NCBI GenBank assembly: GCA_017460175.1
Contig: JAFUBO010000003.1
Span: forward strand, 17,150 to 81,149
Direction of reading: 5' to 3'
Length of the DNA stretch: 64,000 bases
DNA from: Bacilli bacterium
GTDB lineage: Bacteria > Bacillota_I > Bacilli_A > RF39 > UBA660
Part shown: piece by piece, positions 41,698 to 49,856 of the stretch
Layout: the number at the start of each line of letters is the position of its first letter
Numbering within the stretch: the first letter of the stretch is position 1
Program-made: the position numbers and the translations under genes
The notes under the pieces: generated by a model
What the model was told of the DNA's origin: nothing
The model's input: the letters and a program-made list of their open reading frames with translations, nothing else
Database searches by the model: none

Positions 41698-43815
41698 GTG
41701 ATACTTGTGAGAGATAATATTATAAATGTTCTAAAAAATTCAACTAAAGCTATTGATATTTATGAACTACAAGATTTACTTAATATTAAGAGTATTGAAG
41801 AAACTAAAATATTAAGTGAAGAACTTAGAAAATTAGAAGATGAAGTAATTATATATAGATCAAATAAAAATAAGTATATGATGCTTGAAGATAGTCATTT
41901 AAAAAAAGGAATAATGAGAGTTAATAAAAAGGGATTTGGTTTTGTAGAAGTAGATAGTTTAGATGACGATATATATATATCTTCTGATAATATGAATGGA
42001 GCTATACATGATGATATTGTTCTTGTAGAAATTACAAGTAAAATGAATTTAGATAGATTAGAAGGAAGAGTACTTAAAATAATAGAAAGAAGAATACAAA
42101 GATATATAGGACTTATTAATTTTGATAAAAAAGGTATAGGACATATTACTTTGGATGATAATAAGATTAAACTAGATATTGAAGTAAACAAAGATAATAG
42201 TTTAAATTCTGTAGATGGACATAAAGTAGTTGTTGAACTTATAAAAAAAATAAACAATAATGGTAAATATGAAGGTAAAGTAGTAGAAATATTAGGACAT
42301 GTTAATGATCCAGGAGTAGATATTTTATCTATTATTTATAAATATAATATTAATATTGATTTTCCAGATGATGTTAAAGAAGAAGTATCTAAAATACCAA
42401 TGGAAGTTAGAGATGTTGATTTAAAAGGTAGAAGAGATCTTAGAGATATATGTATTTTTACTATAGATGGTGATGATACTAAAGATATAGATGATGCTAT
42501 TTCAATAGAAAAACTTCCTAATGGTAATTATAAATTAGGTGTACACATTGCAGATGTTTCTTATTATGTTAAAGAAGGAAGTCCATTAGATAATGAAGCA
42601 ATGGATAGAGGAACTAGTGTATATCTAGTAGATAGAGTTATTCCAATGCTTCCACATGAACTTTCTAATGGAATATGTTCATTGAATCCTAATGTAGATA
42701 GATTAGCTATTTCATGTGTAATGGAATTTAATGATAAAGGTAAACAATTAAATTATGAGATATTTCCAAGTATAATTAAATCTCGTATACAAATGACCTA
42801 TAAAAATGTTAATAAAATATTAGAAAAAAATGAAAAAGTAGAAGGTTATGAAGAATTTGTTGATGACTTAAAACTAATGGAAGAACTTGCGAAAATATTA
42901 AGAAAAGCTAAAATAAATAGAGGATATATTGATTTTGGAATAGATGAAGCAAAAATATTAGTTGATGAAAAGTGTGTTCCTTATGATGTAGTACTAAGAG
43001 ATAGAGGAGTAGGAGAAAATTTAATAGAAGATTTTATGATTGCAGCTAATGAATGTGTTGCGACTCATATTTATTTTATGAATTTACCATTTATTTATAG
43101 AATTCATGAGTATCCAAAAGAAGAAAAAATTAGAAGTTTTTTAGGATTTGTTTCTAATTTAGGTTATCATATTACAGGTAATATAAATGATATGAAACCT
43201 ACCACAATACAAAGAATACTTAAACAATTAGAAGATAAACCTGAATATAAGATACTTTCTTCCTTATTACTTAGAAGTATGCAAAAAGCTATTTATAGTC
43301 CTGAAAATTTAGGACATTATGGATTAGCTAGTAGTTGTTATACACATTTTACATCACCAATAAGAAGATATCCAGATACAACAGTACATAGATTACTAAG
43401 GACATATTTATTTGATTCTAAAATAGATATGCAAACAATTCATAAATGGGAAGAAAAACTAGTATATATTTCTGAACATTCTTCAGAAAAAGAAAGAAAT
43501 TCAGTTGATTGTGAAAGAGAAGTAGATGATATGAAGATGGCAGAATATATGGAAAAACATATAGGTGAAGAATTTGAAGGTATGATATCATCTGTTACTT
43601 CATTTGGTATGTTTGTAGAATTACCTAATTTAATAGAAGGTTTAGTTCCAATTAAAGATATGCCTGATTTTTTCCATTTTGATGAAGAAAGAATGACTTT
43701 AACTGGAGAAAGAACTCATGTAAGATATTCAATAGGTGATAAGGTAGTAATAAAAGTAATTAGAGCTTCAAAAGAGGATAAAACAATAGATTTTGAGATA
43801 GTAAAGAAGGTGTAG
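41698..43815 (+). CDS. rnr: ribonuclease R
   Basis: RNB catalytic region ('IDGDDTKDIDDAISIE', 'HIADVSYYV', 'TSPIRRYPD') and C-terminal S1 domain. 705 aa. Confidence 0.8.
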   Translation: MILVRDNIINVLKNSTKAIDIYELQDLLNIKSIEETKILSEELRKLEDEVIIYRSNKNKYMMLEDSHLKKGIMRVNKKGFGFVEVDSLDDDIYISSDNMNGAIHDDIVLVEITSKMNLDRLEGRVLKIIERRIQRYIGLINFDKKGIGHITLDDNKIKLDIEVNKDNSLNSVDGHKVVVELIKKINNNGKYEGKVVEILGHVNDPGVDILSIIYKYNINIDFPDDVKEEVSKIPMEVRDVDLKGRRDLRDICIFTIDGDDTKDIDDAISIEKLPNGNYKLGVHIADVSYYVKEGSPLDNEAMDRGTSVYLVDRVIPMLPHELSNGICSLNPNVDRLAISCVMEFNDKGKQLNYEIFPSIIKSRIQMTYKNVNKILEKNEKVEGYEEFVDDLKLMEELAKILRKAKINRGYIDFGIDEAKILVDEKCVPYDVVLRDRGVGENLIEDFMIAANECVATHIYFMNLPFIYRIHEYPKEEKIRSFLGFVSNLGYHITGNINDMKPTTIQRILKQLEDKPEYKILSSLLLRSMQKAIYSPENLGHYGLASSCYTHFTSPIRRYPDTTVHRLLRTYLFDSKIDMQTIHKWEEKLVYISEHSSEKERNSVDCEREVDDMKMAEYMEKHIGEEFEGMISSVTSFGMFVELPNLIEGLVPIKDMPDFFHFDEERMTLTGERTHVRYSIGDKVVIKVIRASKEDKTIDFEIVKKV

Positions 43816-43816
43816 T

Positions 43817-45001
43817 ATGGGAAAAAAGAAGGTTAAATTAAAGAAAAAAATTAGGTTAATAGTAATAGTTTTACTAATTATTGTGTTAGGTATTTTTGCA
43901 CTAGATTATTTTGATGTATCTTCATATTTTACTAAGAAAGAAGAAGAAAAAAAGAAAAAAGTAGAAGTAAAAGTACCACAAGAATATGAAGCAAGTTTAT
44001 TTATGGTAGGAGATGCCTTGATTCACAGTTGTGTATATAATGATGCAAAGACTAGTGATGGTGGATATGATTTTAAACCTCAAATAGAGTTAATTAAACC
44101 AATAGCTTCTAAGTATGATTTAGCATATTATAATCAAGAAACTGTGTTGGGTGGTACAGAACTTGGACTTTCTAATTATCCGAGATTTAATTCACCATAT
44201 GAAGTAGGAGATGCATTTATAGATGCAGGGTTTAATTTAGTTTCTTTAGCTACTAACCATACTATGGATAAAGGAGAAGCTGGAGTTACTAATTCAGTTA
44301 ACTATTGGAAAAAACAAAAAAACGTTGTTACTTCAGGACAATGGTTAAGTGAAGATGAAAGAGAAGAAAGTGTAACTAAGATTCATGAAATAAATGGAAT
44401 TACATATGCATTTTTATCATATACTACGTGGACTAATGGATTAGAAACTCCATATGGAAAAAGTTATTTAAATAATGTTTATTCAGATGAAAAAGCAAAA
44501 GCTGATATTGAAAAAATTAAAGATAAAGTAGATATTATTATAGCTGCAATGCATTGGGGAACTGAATATTATTTAGGTGTAGATAGTGATCAAACACGAA
44601 TTGCTAATTTCTTAGCTAGTCAAGGGGTTCAATTAATTATTGGTGCTCATCCACATGTTGTAGAACCAGTTGAATATATTAATGATGGTAAGACATTTGT
44701 TATTTATTCATTAGGTAATATAATTTCAGATCAAGAAGGTAATGAAAGACTTACAGGACTTATGATGGGACTTGATATAAAGAAAAAGGTTGATGTAGAT
44801 GATTCAGTTACTATAAGTATTGAGAATCCAAGAGCTGAACTTTCTTATACTAAGTCTGGTTATTGTAAAAACTTTAAAGTATATCCTTATTCACAATTAA
44901 ATACAAGTATTCTTTATAATTATGAATCATTAAGAGATAAATACCAAGGAATTGTAAGTCAAAGATATCCTGACTTAAAATGGGGACTTGCAGGTGAATA
45001 A
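43817..45001 (+). CDS. CapA/PgsA-family metallophosphoesterase (poly-gamma-glutamate capsule synthesis protein-like), membrane-anchored
   Basis: N-terminal TM. 'AMHWGTEYY', 'IIGAHPHVVEP' are the CapA (PGA_cap) motifs. Inserted between rnr and smpB. Confidence 0.55.
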   Translation: MGKKKVKLKKKIRLIVIVLLIIVLGIFALDYFDVSSYFTKKEEEKKKKVEVKVPQEYEASLFMVGDALIHSCVYNDAKTSDGGYDFKPQIELIKPIASKYDLAYYNQETVLGGTELGLSNYPRFNSPYEVGDAFIDAGFNLVSLATNHTMDKGEAGVTNSVNYWKKQKNVVTSGQWLSEDEREESVTKIHEINGITYAFLSYTTWTNGLETPYGKSYLNNVYSDEKAKADIEKIKDKVDIIIAAMHWGTEYYLGVDSDQTRIANFLASQGVQLIIGAHPHVVEPVEYINDGKTFVIYSLGNIISDQEGNERLTGLMMGLDIKKKVDVDDSVTISIENPRAELSYTKSGYCKNFKVYPYSQLNTSILYNYESLRDKYQGIVSQRYPDLKWGLAGE

Positions 45002-45002
45002 T

Positions 45003-45440
45003 ATGGAAATATTAAACAAAAGAGCTAAATTCGATTATTTTATAGAAGAAGAATATGAAGCTGGAATAGAACTTACTGGTACAGAAGTTAAGTCAATAAG
45101 AGAAGGTAAATGCAATATTAAAGATTCTTATGGAATAGTAAGAAACGGGGAAGTATTTCTTCTTAATATGTATATCGCAGAATATAAAGAAGGTAATATA
45201 TTTAATCATGAAGAGTCTCGCAGTAGAAAATTATTATTACATAAAAAAGAAATAAAAAAAATAAATGATGCTATTACTTTGAATGGTTTAACTTTAGTTC
45301 CTTTAAAAGGTTATTTTAAAAATAATAAATTTAAAATACTATTAGGAATATGTCGTGGTAAAAAGAATTATGATAAGAGAGAGACTATAAAAGAAAGAGA
45401 TATTAATAGAGAAGTAAAAAAGAACTTAAAGAATTATTAA
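45003..45440 (+). CDS. smpB: SsrA-binding protein SmpB
   Basis: 'NKRAKFDYFIEEEYEAGIELTGTEVKSIR'. RBS 'aggtga' precedes ATG 45003. Confidence 0.85.
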   Translation: MEILNKRAKFDYFIEEEYEAGIELTGTEVKSIREGKCNIKDSYGIVRNGEVFLLNMYIAEYKEGNIFNHEESRSRKLLLHKKEIKKINDAITLNGLTLVPLKGYFKNNKFKILLGICRGKKNYDKRETIKERDINREVKKNLKNY

Positions 45441-45508
45441 GTTCTTTTCTCTTTATTTTTAAGTAAAAATATGATATAATGTATGCACATGGAATACCAT
45501 GGGTATAT

Positions 45509-45887
45509 GGGGCTGACTTGGTTTCGACGGGAATAATAGAGCATAGATGGCAAGTCGAATGTCCACGTCACGGGCACAAAAAAATAAATGCTAAAAGTAT
45601 TAAAAACGTTGTAGCTAATATGTTTGGTACTCGCCAAGCTGTAGCTTTTGCCTAATAATAATATAAAGGCCAACACTTCTTATAATCTTACCTAGGGATT
45701 ATTAAGAGGTTCATTTTATAGGTTATATCTATTTATTGTCTAGTAAATAGAAAGAATATTTAGACTGGTATATCTACTTGGTCGTTAATTACTTGGTAGG
45801 TATATAAGAACAATTAGTTAACTAAACTTGTAGAGGTTTATGTAGCTTTATTTTCGGACAGGAGTTCAATTCTCCTCAGCTCCACCA
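45509..45887 (+). ncRNA. ssrA: tmRNA (ssrA)
   Basis: 5' 'ggggctgacttggtttcgacggg'. 3' tRNA-like end 'ggacaggagttcaattctcctcagctccacca'. Internal tag ORF '...AKSIKNVVANMFGTRQAVAFA**' (gct aaa agt ... gcc taa taa). Directly downstream of smpB. Confidence 0.8.
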
Positions 45888-45900
45888 TAATGAAATTATT

Positions 45901-45925
45901 CGAACTAAGTTAGTTCGTTTTTTTA
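45901..45925 (+). terminator. intrinsic terminator after ssrA
   Basis: 'cgaactaa-g-ttagttcg' followed by T7. Confidence 0.6.
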
Positions 45926-45960
45926 TTTTATGGTATTATATATATGAATGGAGGAATATA

Positions 45961-46770
45961 ATGATTACTACAAAGAAAGATACCCAAATAGCTTTAGAAT
46001 TTTTAAATGGTAATCATTCTAAATACATTGGAGATAATTATAATTATATTTATAATTCTACTAATGAAAATTTAGATTCATATTATAAATATTTTCCTAT
46101 TAAAGATAAAAATATTTTAACTATTGCGAGTAGTGGAGATCATATATTAGAAGCAATATTAAATAGTTCTAAAGAAATAGTATGTTTTGATAAGAATATT
46201 TTTTCGTTATATATGTCAAAGTTAAAAATAGAATCTTTAAAAGTATTAAATTACGATGAATTTATTAATTTTTTTTATTCATCAAATTTTTTTAATAAAA
46301 AAGATTATTCTAAAATAAGAGAATGTTTAGATGAAAATATTAAATATTTTTGGGATAAATTGTATATAAAAGGTAATTTAGAAAATAATATAGGTAGACT
46401 ATTTTTAACTAATAGTTATGAATACTATGGAATTTATTGTGATGAAGATAAATTTGGTAAAATTAAAGAAAATAGTAATATTCCTATTACTTATAAACAT
46501 ACTAATTTTTTTGATTTACATAAAGTATTAAAATCGAGTGATAAGTTTTCATCAATTTTTTTATCTAATATACCAGATTGGTTAGATACTAAGAGTAGAA
46601 ATATTTATTACTATAATTACATTAAAAATGTTTTATCAAAATATTTAGATGATGATGGTATGATTGCGATTTATGCAGGAGTACAAGGTTCCAGACAATT
46701 AGAATTAGAAGAAAAAAGTAGTCAAATTATAGATGCAAATGAAAAAACAAAAGTATATGTTTATAGATAA
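45961..46770 (+). CDS. hypothetical protein, DUF3419/BtaA-like SAM-binding fold (putative)
   Basis: 269 aa. 'ILTIASSGDHILEAILNSSKEIVCFDKNIFSLYMSKLKIESLKVLNYDEFINFF' resembles the DUF3419 motif block (SaGdN.L..L..p..v.avD.N..Q.aLLeLK..a...L.y.ef...F). Confidence 0.3.
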   Translation: MITTKKDTQIALEFLNGNHSKYIGDNYNYIYNSTNENLDSYYKYFPIKDKNILTIASSGDHILEAILNSSKEIVCFDKNIFSLYMSKLKIESLKVLNYDEFINFFYSSNFFNKKDYSKIRECLDENIKYFWDKLYIKGNLENNIGRLFLTNSYEYYGIYCDEDKFGKIKENSNIPITYKHTNFFDLHKVLKSSDKFSSIFLSNIPDWLDTKSRNIYYYNYIKNVLSKYLDDDGMIAIYAGVQGSRQLELEEKSSQIIDANEKTKVYVYR

Positions 46771-46802
46771 TAAAAAAATCTGCAAACTAGACAATTATAT
46801 TC

Positions 46803-46830
46803 TTGACAAAGAAAATAAATAAAGTATAAT
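46803..46830 (+). promoter_or_regulatory. consensus sigma-A promoter of TasA-like subunit gene
   Basis: TTGACA-16 nt-TATAAT, followed by very strong RBS 'aggaggagg' 8 nt before ATG 46855. Confidence 0.55.
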
Positions 46831-46854
46831 TTATAATAGGAGGAGGAAAGAAAG

Positions 46855-47451
46855 ATGAAAAACGAAAAACAAAAGAATATAGTGTTAGCTGTATTATTAG
46901 TAGCAGTTGTTACATTAACTATTGCTTATGCATTATTAAGTGCAACATTAACTATTAATGCACAAGCTACAGTTAAAGGAGCTAATTGGGATGTTCATTT
47001 CCAAGAAAAAAGTGATCAATCTGCAATCTGTGTAGCATCTTCAAAAACTGGAGCTGCAACAACTACTGCAGAAGTTAAAACACAACCAACTGTTAGTAAT
47101 ACAAGTTTTACTGGTTTAGCAGCTGATCTTAAATTACCTGGTGATAAAGTAGTTTGTACATGGCAAGTAACTAATGCAGGTTCAATCGATGCTAAATTAG
47201 CTACTTATACTGCACCAGCTTTAACTTACGCTGGAGATAGTGCTGACGTTACTAAAGTAACAGGTAAAATTAACACTACTTTAACTGTTGATGGTGCTAC
47301 ACCAGCAAATGGTGATGTATTACCAGCAACTACTGGTAACACTAAAGATGTAGTATTAACTATCGAATTTGATCCAAATGCTACAGAATTACCATCTCAA
47401 GATGTAACAGTAACAGTAGCAAGTGAAACATTTGTATACGAACAAAATTAA
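46855..47451 (+). CDS. TasA/camelysin (peptidase M73)-family secreted fibre-subunit-like protein with SipW-cognate-type signal peptide
   Basis: Signal peptide 'KNIVLAVLLVAVVTLTIAYALLSATLTINA'. Motifs 'SNTSFTGLAADL' (compare camelysin 'SNNTFAAGTLDL') and 'LKLPGDKVVCTWQVTNAGSIDAKL' (compare TasA 'LKPGDKLTKDFQFENNGSLAIKEV', CalY 'LKPGDSVKKEFLLQNSGSLTIKDV'). T/A/G/V-rich, translationally optimal codons. Confidence 0.5.
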   Translation: MKNEKQKNIVLAVLLVAVVTLTIAYALLSATLTINAQATVKGANWDVHFQEKSDQSAICVASSKTGAATTTAEVKTQPTVSNTSFTGLAADLKLPGDKVVCTWQVTNAGSIDAKLATYTAPALTYAGDSADVTKVTGKINTTLTVDGATPANGDVLPATTGNTKDVVLTIEFDPNATELPSQDVTVTVASETFVYEQN

Positions 47452-47470
47452 TTTAAAAAGAATATGTTAA

Positions 47471-47500
47471 TCCAGGATGCTTAGCATACTGGATTTTCTT
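47471..47500 (+). terminator. imperfect hairpin plus T-rich tract between subunit gene and peptidase gene (possible attenuator / partial terminator)
   Basis: 'ccaggatgcttagcatactgg' near-palindrome followed by 'attttctt'. Confidence 0.3.
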
Positions 47501-47518
47501 GGTAAAGGGAGTGAAAAA

Positions 47519-48646
47519 GTGAAAACTAGTCATAAAAAGGCACTAGCTATACTTATGTTTATAGCTTTAGTTAGTATTGTTAACTTTTTCTTTCCCTTTA
47601 TACTTGATAGTAATAGGCATTTAATATTACTTGGGTTAGTCCTTGTTATATTATATTTATTACTAGGTATTGATATTAAGGGAAAGTCTAATAATAGACT
47701 TATAATAAGAGATATTCTTATTTATATAACTTTTTATTACCTATTAATATATTTATTAGGATTATTAACAGGATTTGTAAGAACAATTTATAGTTATACA
47801 ATATCAAATCTAGTAATAAATATAATTCCAAGTATATTGACAATATTTGGAGTTGAGTTAATTCGTAATCAATTAATTAATAAAACTAATAAGAAAAAAA
47901 TTATAGTAGTATTATCTTGTATAGTATTTATATTATTTGAAATAAGTATTAATTTTCAATATTATAATCTTACTATAAAAGATGAAATATATTTATTTAT
48001 AGGATTACTTGTAGCTTCAAGTATATCTAAAAATATACTAATGACAGTAATAGCTATGAAAACAGATTATTTACCTGCGGTAGTATATAGGCTATTAATT
48101 GAAACATTAGATTTTGTAGTATTAATTCAACCTGATTTGGGTCCATATTTAAATTCAGTAGTAGCAATAATGTTACCAATATTAACTGCGATAATGCTTA
48201 TAAATATGGGCAAGAAAGTTAAAGATACACCTGAGAAAGTAAAGAAAGGTAGTAAATTTTATATAGTTTTAGTTATTATTTTATCTATATTAGTTTTACT
48301 TAATTCAGGATTGTTAAAATTTCAAACTTTAGTAATAGGTTCACAATCAATGCTTCCTATGATAGATAAAGGTGATGTGGTTTTGATTGAAAGATTAAAT
48401 AAAGAAGAGAAAGATAAAGTAAAATTAGGAGAAATTCTAGTATATAGATATGATAATAAGATAATTTGTCATAGGGTAGTTAAAGTATCAAAACGAGATA
48501 ATGGTACTTTCTATAAGACAAAAGGTGATAATAATGACCAAGATGATAAAATTGTTCTTTCTAGGAAAGAAGTTATGGGGAAGGTAATATATAGAATTAA
48601 ATATATTGGTCTACCAAGTGTATGGTTAAATGAATTATTTAATTAG
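47519..48646 (+). CDS. polytopic membrane domain fused to C-terminal SipW-type signal peptidase I domain
   Basis: Likely GTG start at 47519 after RBS 'agggag' (the ORF track's ATG 47477 lacks an RBS). About 280 aa with 8 or more TM segments, then 'LVIGSQSMLPMIDKGDVVLIERL' (Ser box), 'ICHRVVKV' (His), 'KTKGDNNDQDD' box. This is the same motif set as the SipW at 747-1352. Confidence 0.55.
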   Translation: MKTSHKKALAILMFIALVSIVNFFFPFILDSNRHLILLGLVLVILYLLLGIDIKGKSNNRLIIRDILIYITFYYLLIYLLGLLTGFVRTIYSYTISNLVINIIPSILTIFGVELIRNQLINKTNKKKIIVVLSCIVFILFEISINFQYYNLTIKDEIYLFIGLLVASSISKNILMTVIAMKTDYLPAVVYRLLIETLDFVVLIQPDLGPYLNSVVAIMLPILTAIMLINMGKKVKDTPEKVKKGSKFYIVLVIILSILVLLNSGLLKFQTLVIGSQSMLPMIDKGDVVLIERLNKEEKDKVKLGEILVYRYDNKIICHRVVKVSKRDNGTFYKTKGDNNDQDDKIVLSRKEVMGKVIYRIKYIGLPSVWLNELFN

Positions 48647-48658
48647 AGGTGATATAAA

Positions 48659-49663
48659 ATGAAATTGAAAAAGAAAGAGTTAATATTATTAATAGCAACT
48701 ATAGTATTTACAGTAGCAGGATTGGTGTTTTACTATGAATCTAAAAATATAGTAACTACATCGTTAATACCATATGATGAACAAGGAACAGCTAACTATA
48801 AAGTTCATTTAAGTGATAATACATATTATAATAAAGATTACTTAGATGAAGGAATGCAATATATATCTAGTATTATTGATTATGTTGATTTGGATTTTAG
48901 ATATATTGCTAATTACCAAGGTATAAAGAATTATAAGGTAGATAAAAATATAGTTGCTAATATAAAAATTACTGATTTAGATGATAATAATAAAGTAATT
49001 TATACAAAGACAGAGACATTAAAAGAAGAACATGCTGATTTAGATAAATTATCAATTAATGATTCTATAAAGATTGATTATGTTAAGTATAATGACTTAG
49101 TAAATGAAATAAAAAGTAAATATGCAATAAGTGCTAAATCTACTTTAAGTGTTTCATATAATATTATTTATTCTTCTGAAGAAGAAGGTTTAAGTACAGC
49201 TAAAAAGATGGTTGTAGATATACCTTTATCTGAGCAAATGATTAATATTACTAAGGAAAATATTGCTAGAAATAGTGATGTTTATGTTGGCAAATCTACA
49301 AATTCACCAATAAATGGTATTATGTCATTACTTATGATATTAATGTTTATATTTGCACTTGCTAGTTTAATATTCTTTATTATGAGAGTAAAAGATAGAA
49401 TTAGTAAAGAAAGTAAATATGATAGATTTATTAATAAAGTATTAAGAGAGTATGATTCTTATATTACTGAAACTAAAGAAGATAATTATATTACTGGAAA
49501 ATCTGTAATAGAAATAGGTAGTTTTAAGGAATTATTAGATGTAAGAAACAATATTGATAAGACTATTGTTTATACAAAAATTGATGATAATACAAGTAAA
49601 TTTCAAATTATTGATGAAGAAGTTTATGAGTATGTAGCTAAAAGAGAAGAAATGGATAAATAA
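48659..49663 (+). CDS. bitopic membrane protein (N-in signal anchor, about 190-aa extracytoplasmic domain, second TM, cytoplasmic tail)
   Basis: TM1 'LILLIATIVFTVAGLVFYY', TM2 'IMSLLMILMFIFALASLIFFIM'. Translationally coupled to the peptidase fusion. No known motif. Possible TapA-like accessory or anchor. Confidence 0.3.
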   Translation: MKLKKKELILLIATIVFTVAGLVFYYESKNIVTTSLIPYDEQGTANYKVHLSDNTYYNKDYLDEGMQYISSIIDYVDLDFRYIANYQGIKNYKVDKNIVANIKITDLDDNNKVIYTKTETLKEEHADLDKLSINDSIKIDYVKYNDLVNEIKSKYAISAKSTLSVSYNIIYSSEEEGLSTAKKMVVDIPLSEQMINITKENIARNSDVYVGKSTNSPINGIMSLLMILMFIFALASLIFFIMRVKDRISKESKYDRFINKVLREYDSYITETKEDNYITGKSVIEIGSFKELLDVRNNIDKTIVYTKIDDNTSKFQIIDEEVYEYVAKREEMDK

Positions 49664-49788
49664 TTCATTTCTTTTATTGATAATTATTAAAAATATAAAG
49701 ATAATCTTTATATTTTTATTATGTTTTAATACGTAATAAATTGGTTAGAATAATATTATAAATAAAATTAAAAAAAACAAGTAAAAAC

Positions 49789-49817
49789 ATTGAAAAAAAA
49801 GTCGAAATTTGGTATCA
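49789..49817 (+). promoter_or_regulatory. sigma-A promoter with extended -10 upstream of giant surface protein gene
   Basis: TTGAAA-17 nt-TGgTATCAT, followed by RBS 'gaaggaggtg' 7 nt before ATG 49857. Confidence 0.45.
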
Positions 49818-49856
49818 TTAATAATAGGGTAGTGTCATAGAAGGAGGTGCTAGAAA

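Noticed and set aside
45437-45676. 79-aa minus-strand ORF
   Set aside because: It overlaps the tmRNA gene (45509-45887), and its conserved structural motifs explain the sequence.
45888-46000. Prophage or integrative element at the tmRNA 3' end
   Set aside because: No integrase, recombinase, excisionase or phage structural genes are present in the 14 kb downstream. The content is a surface-fibre locus, so it is treated as an accessory island rather than a mobile element.
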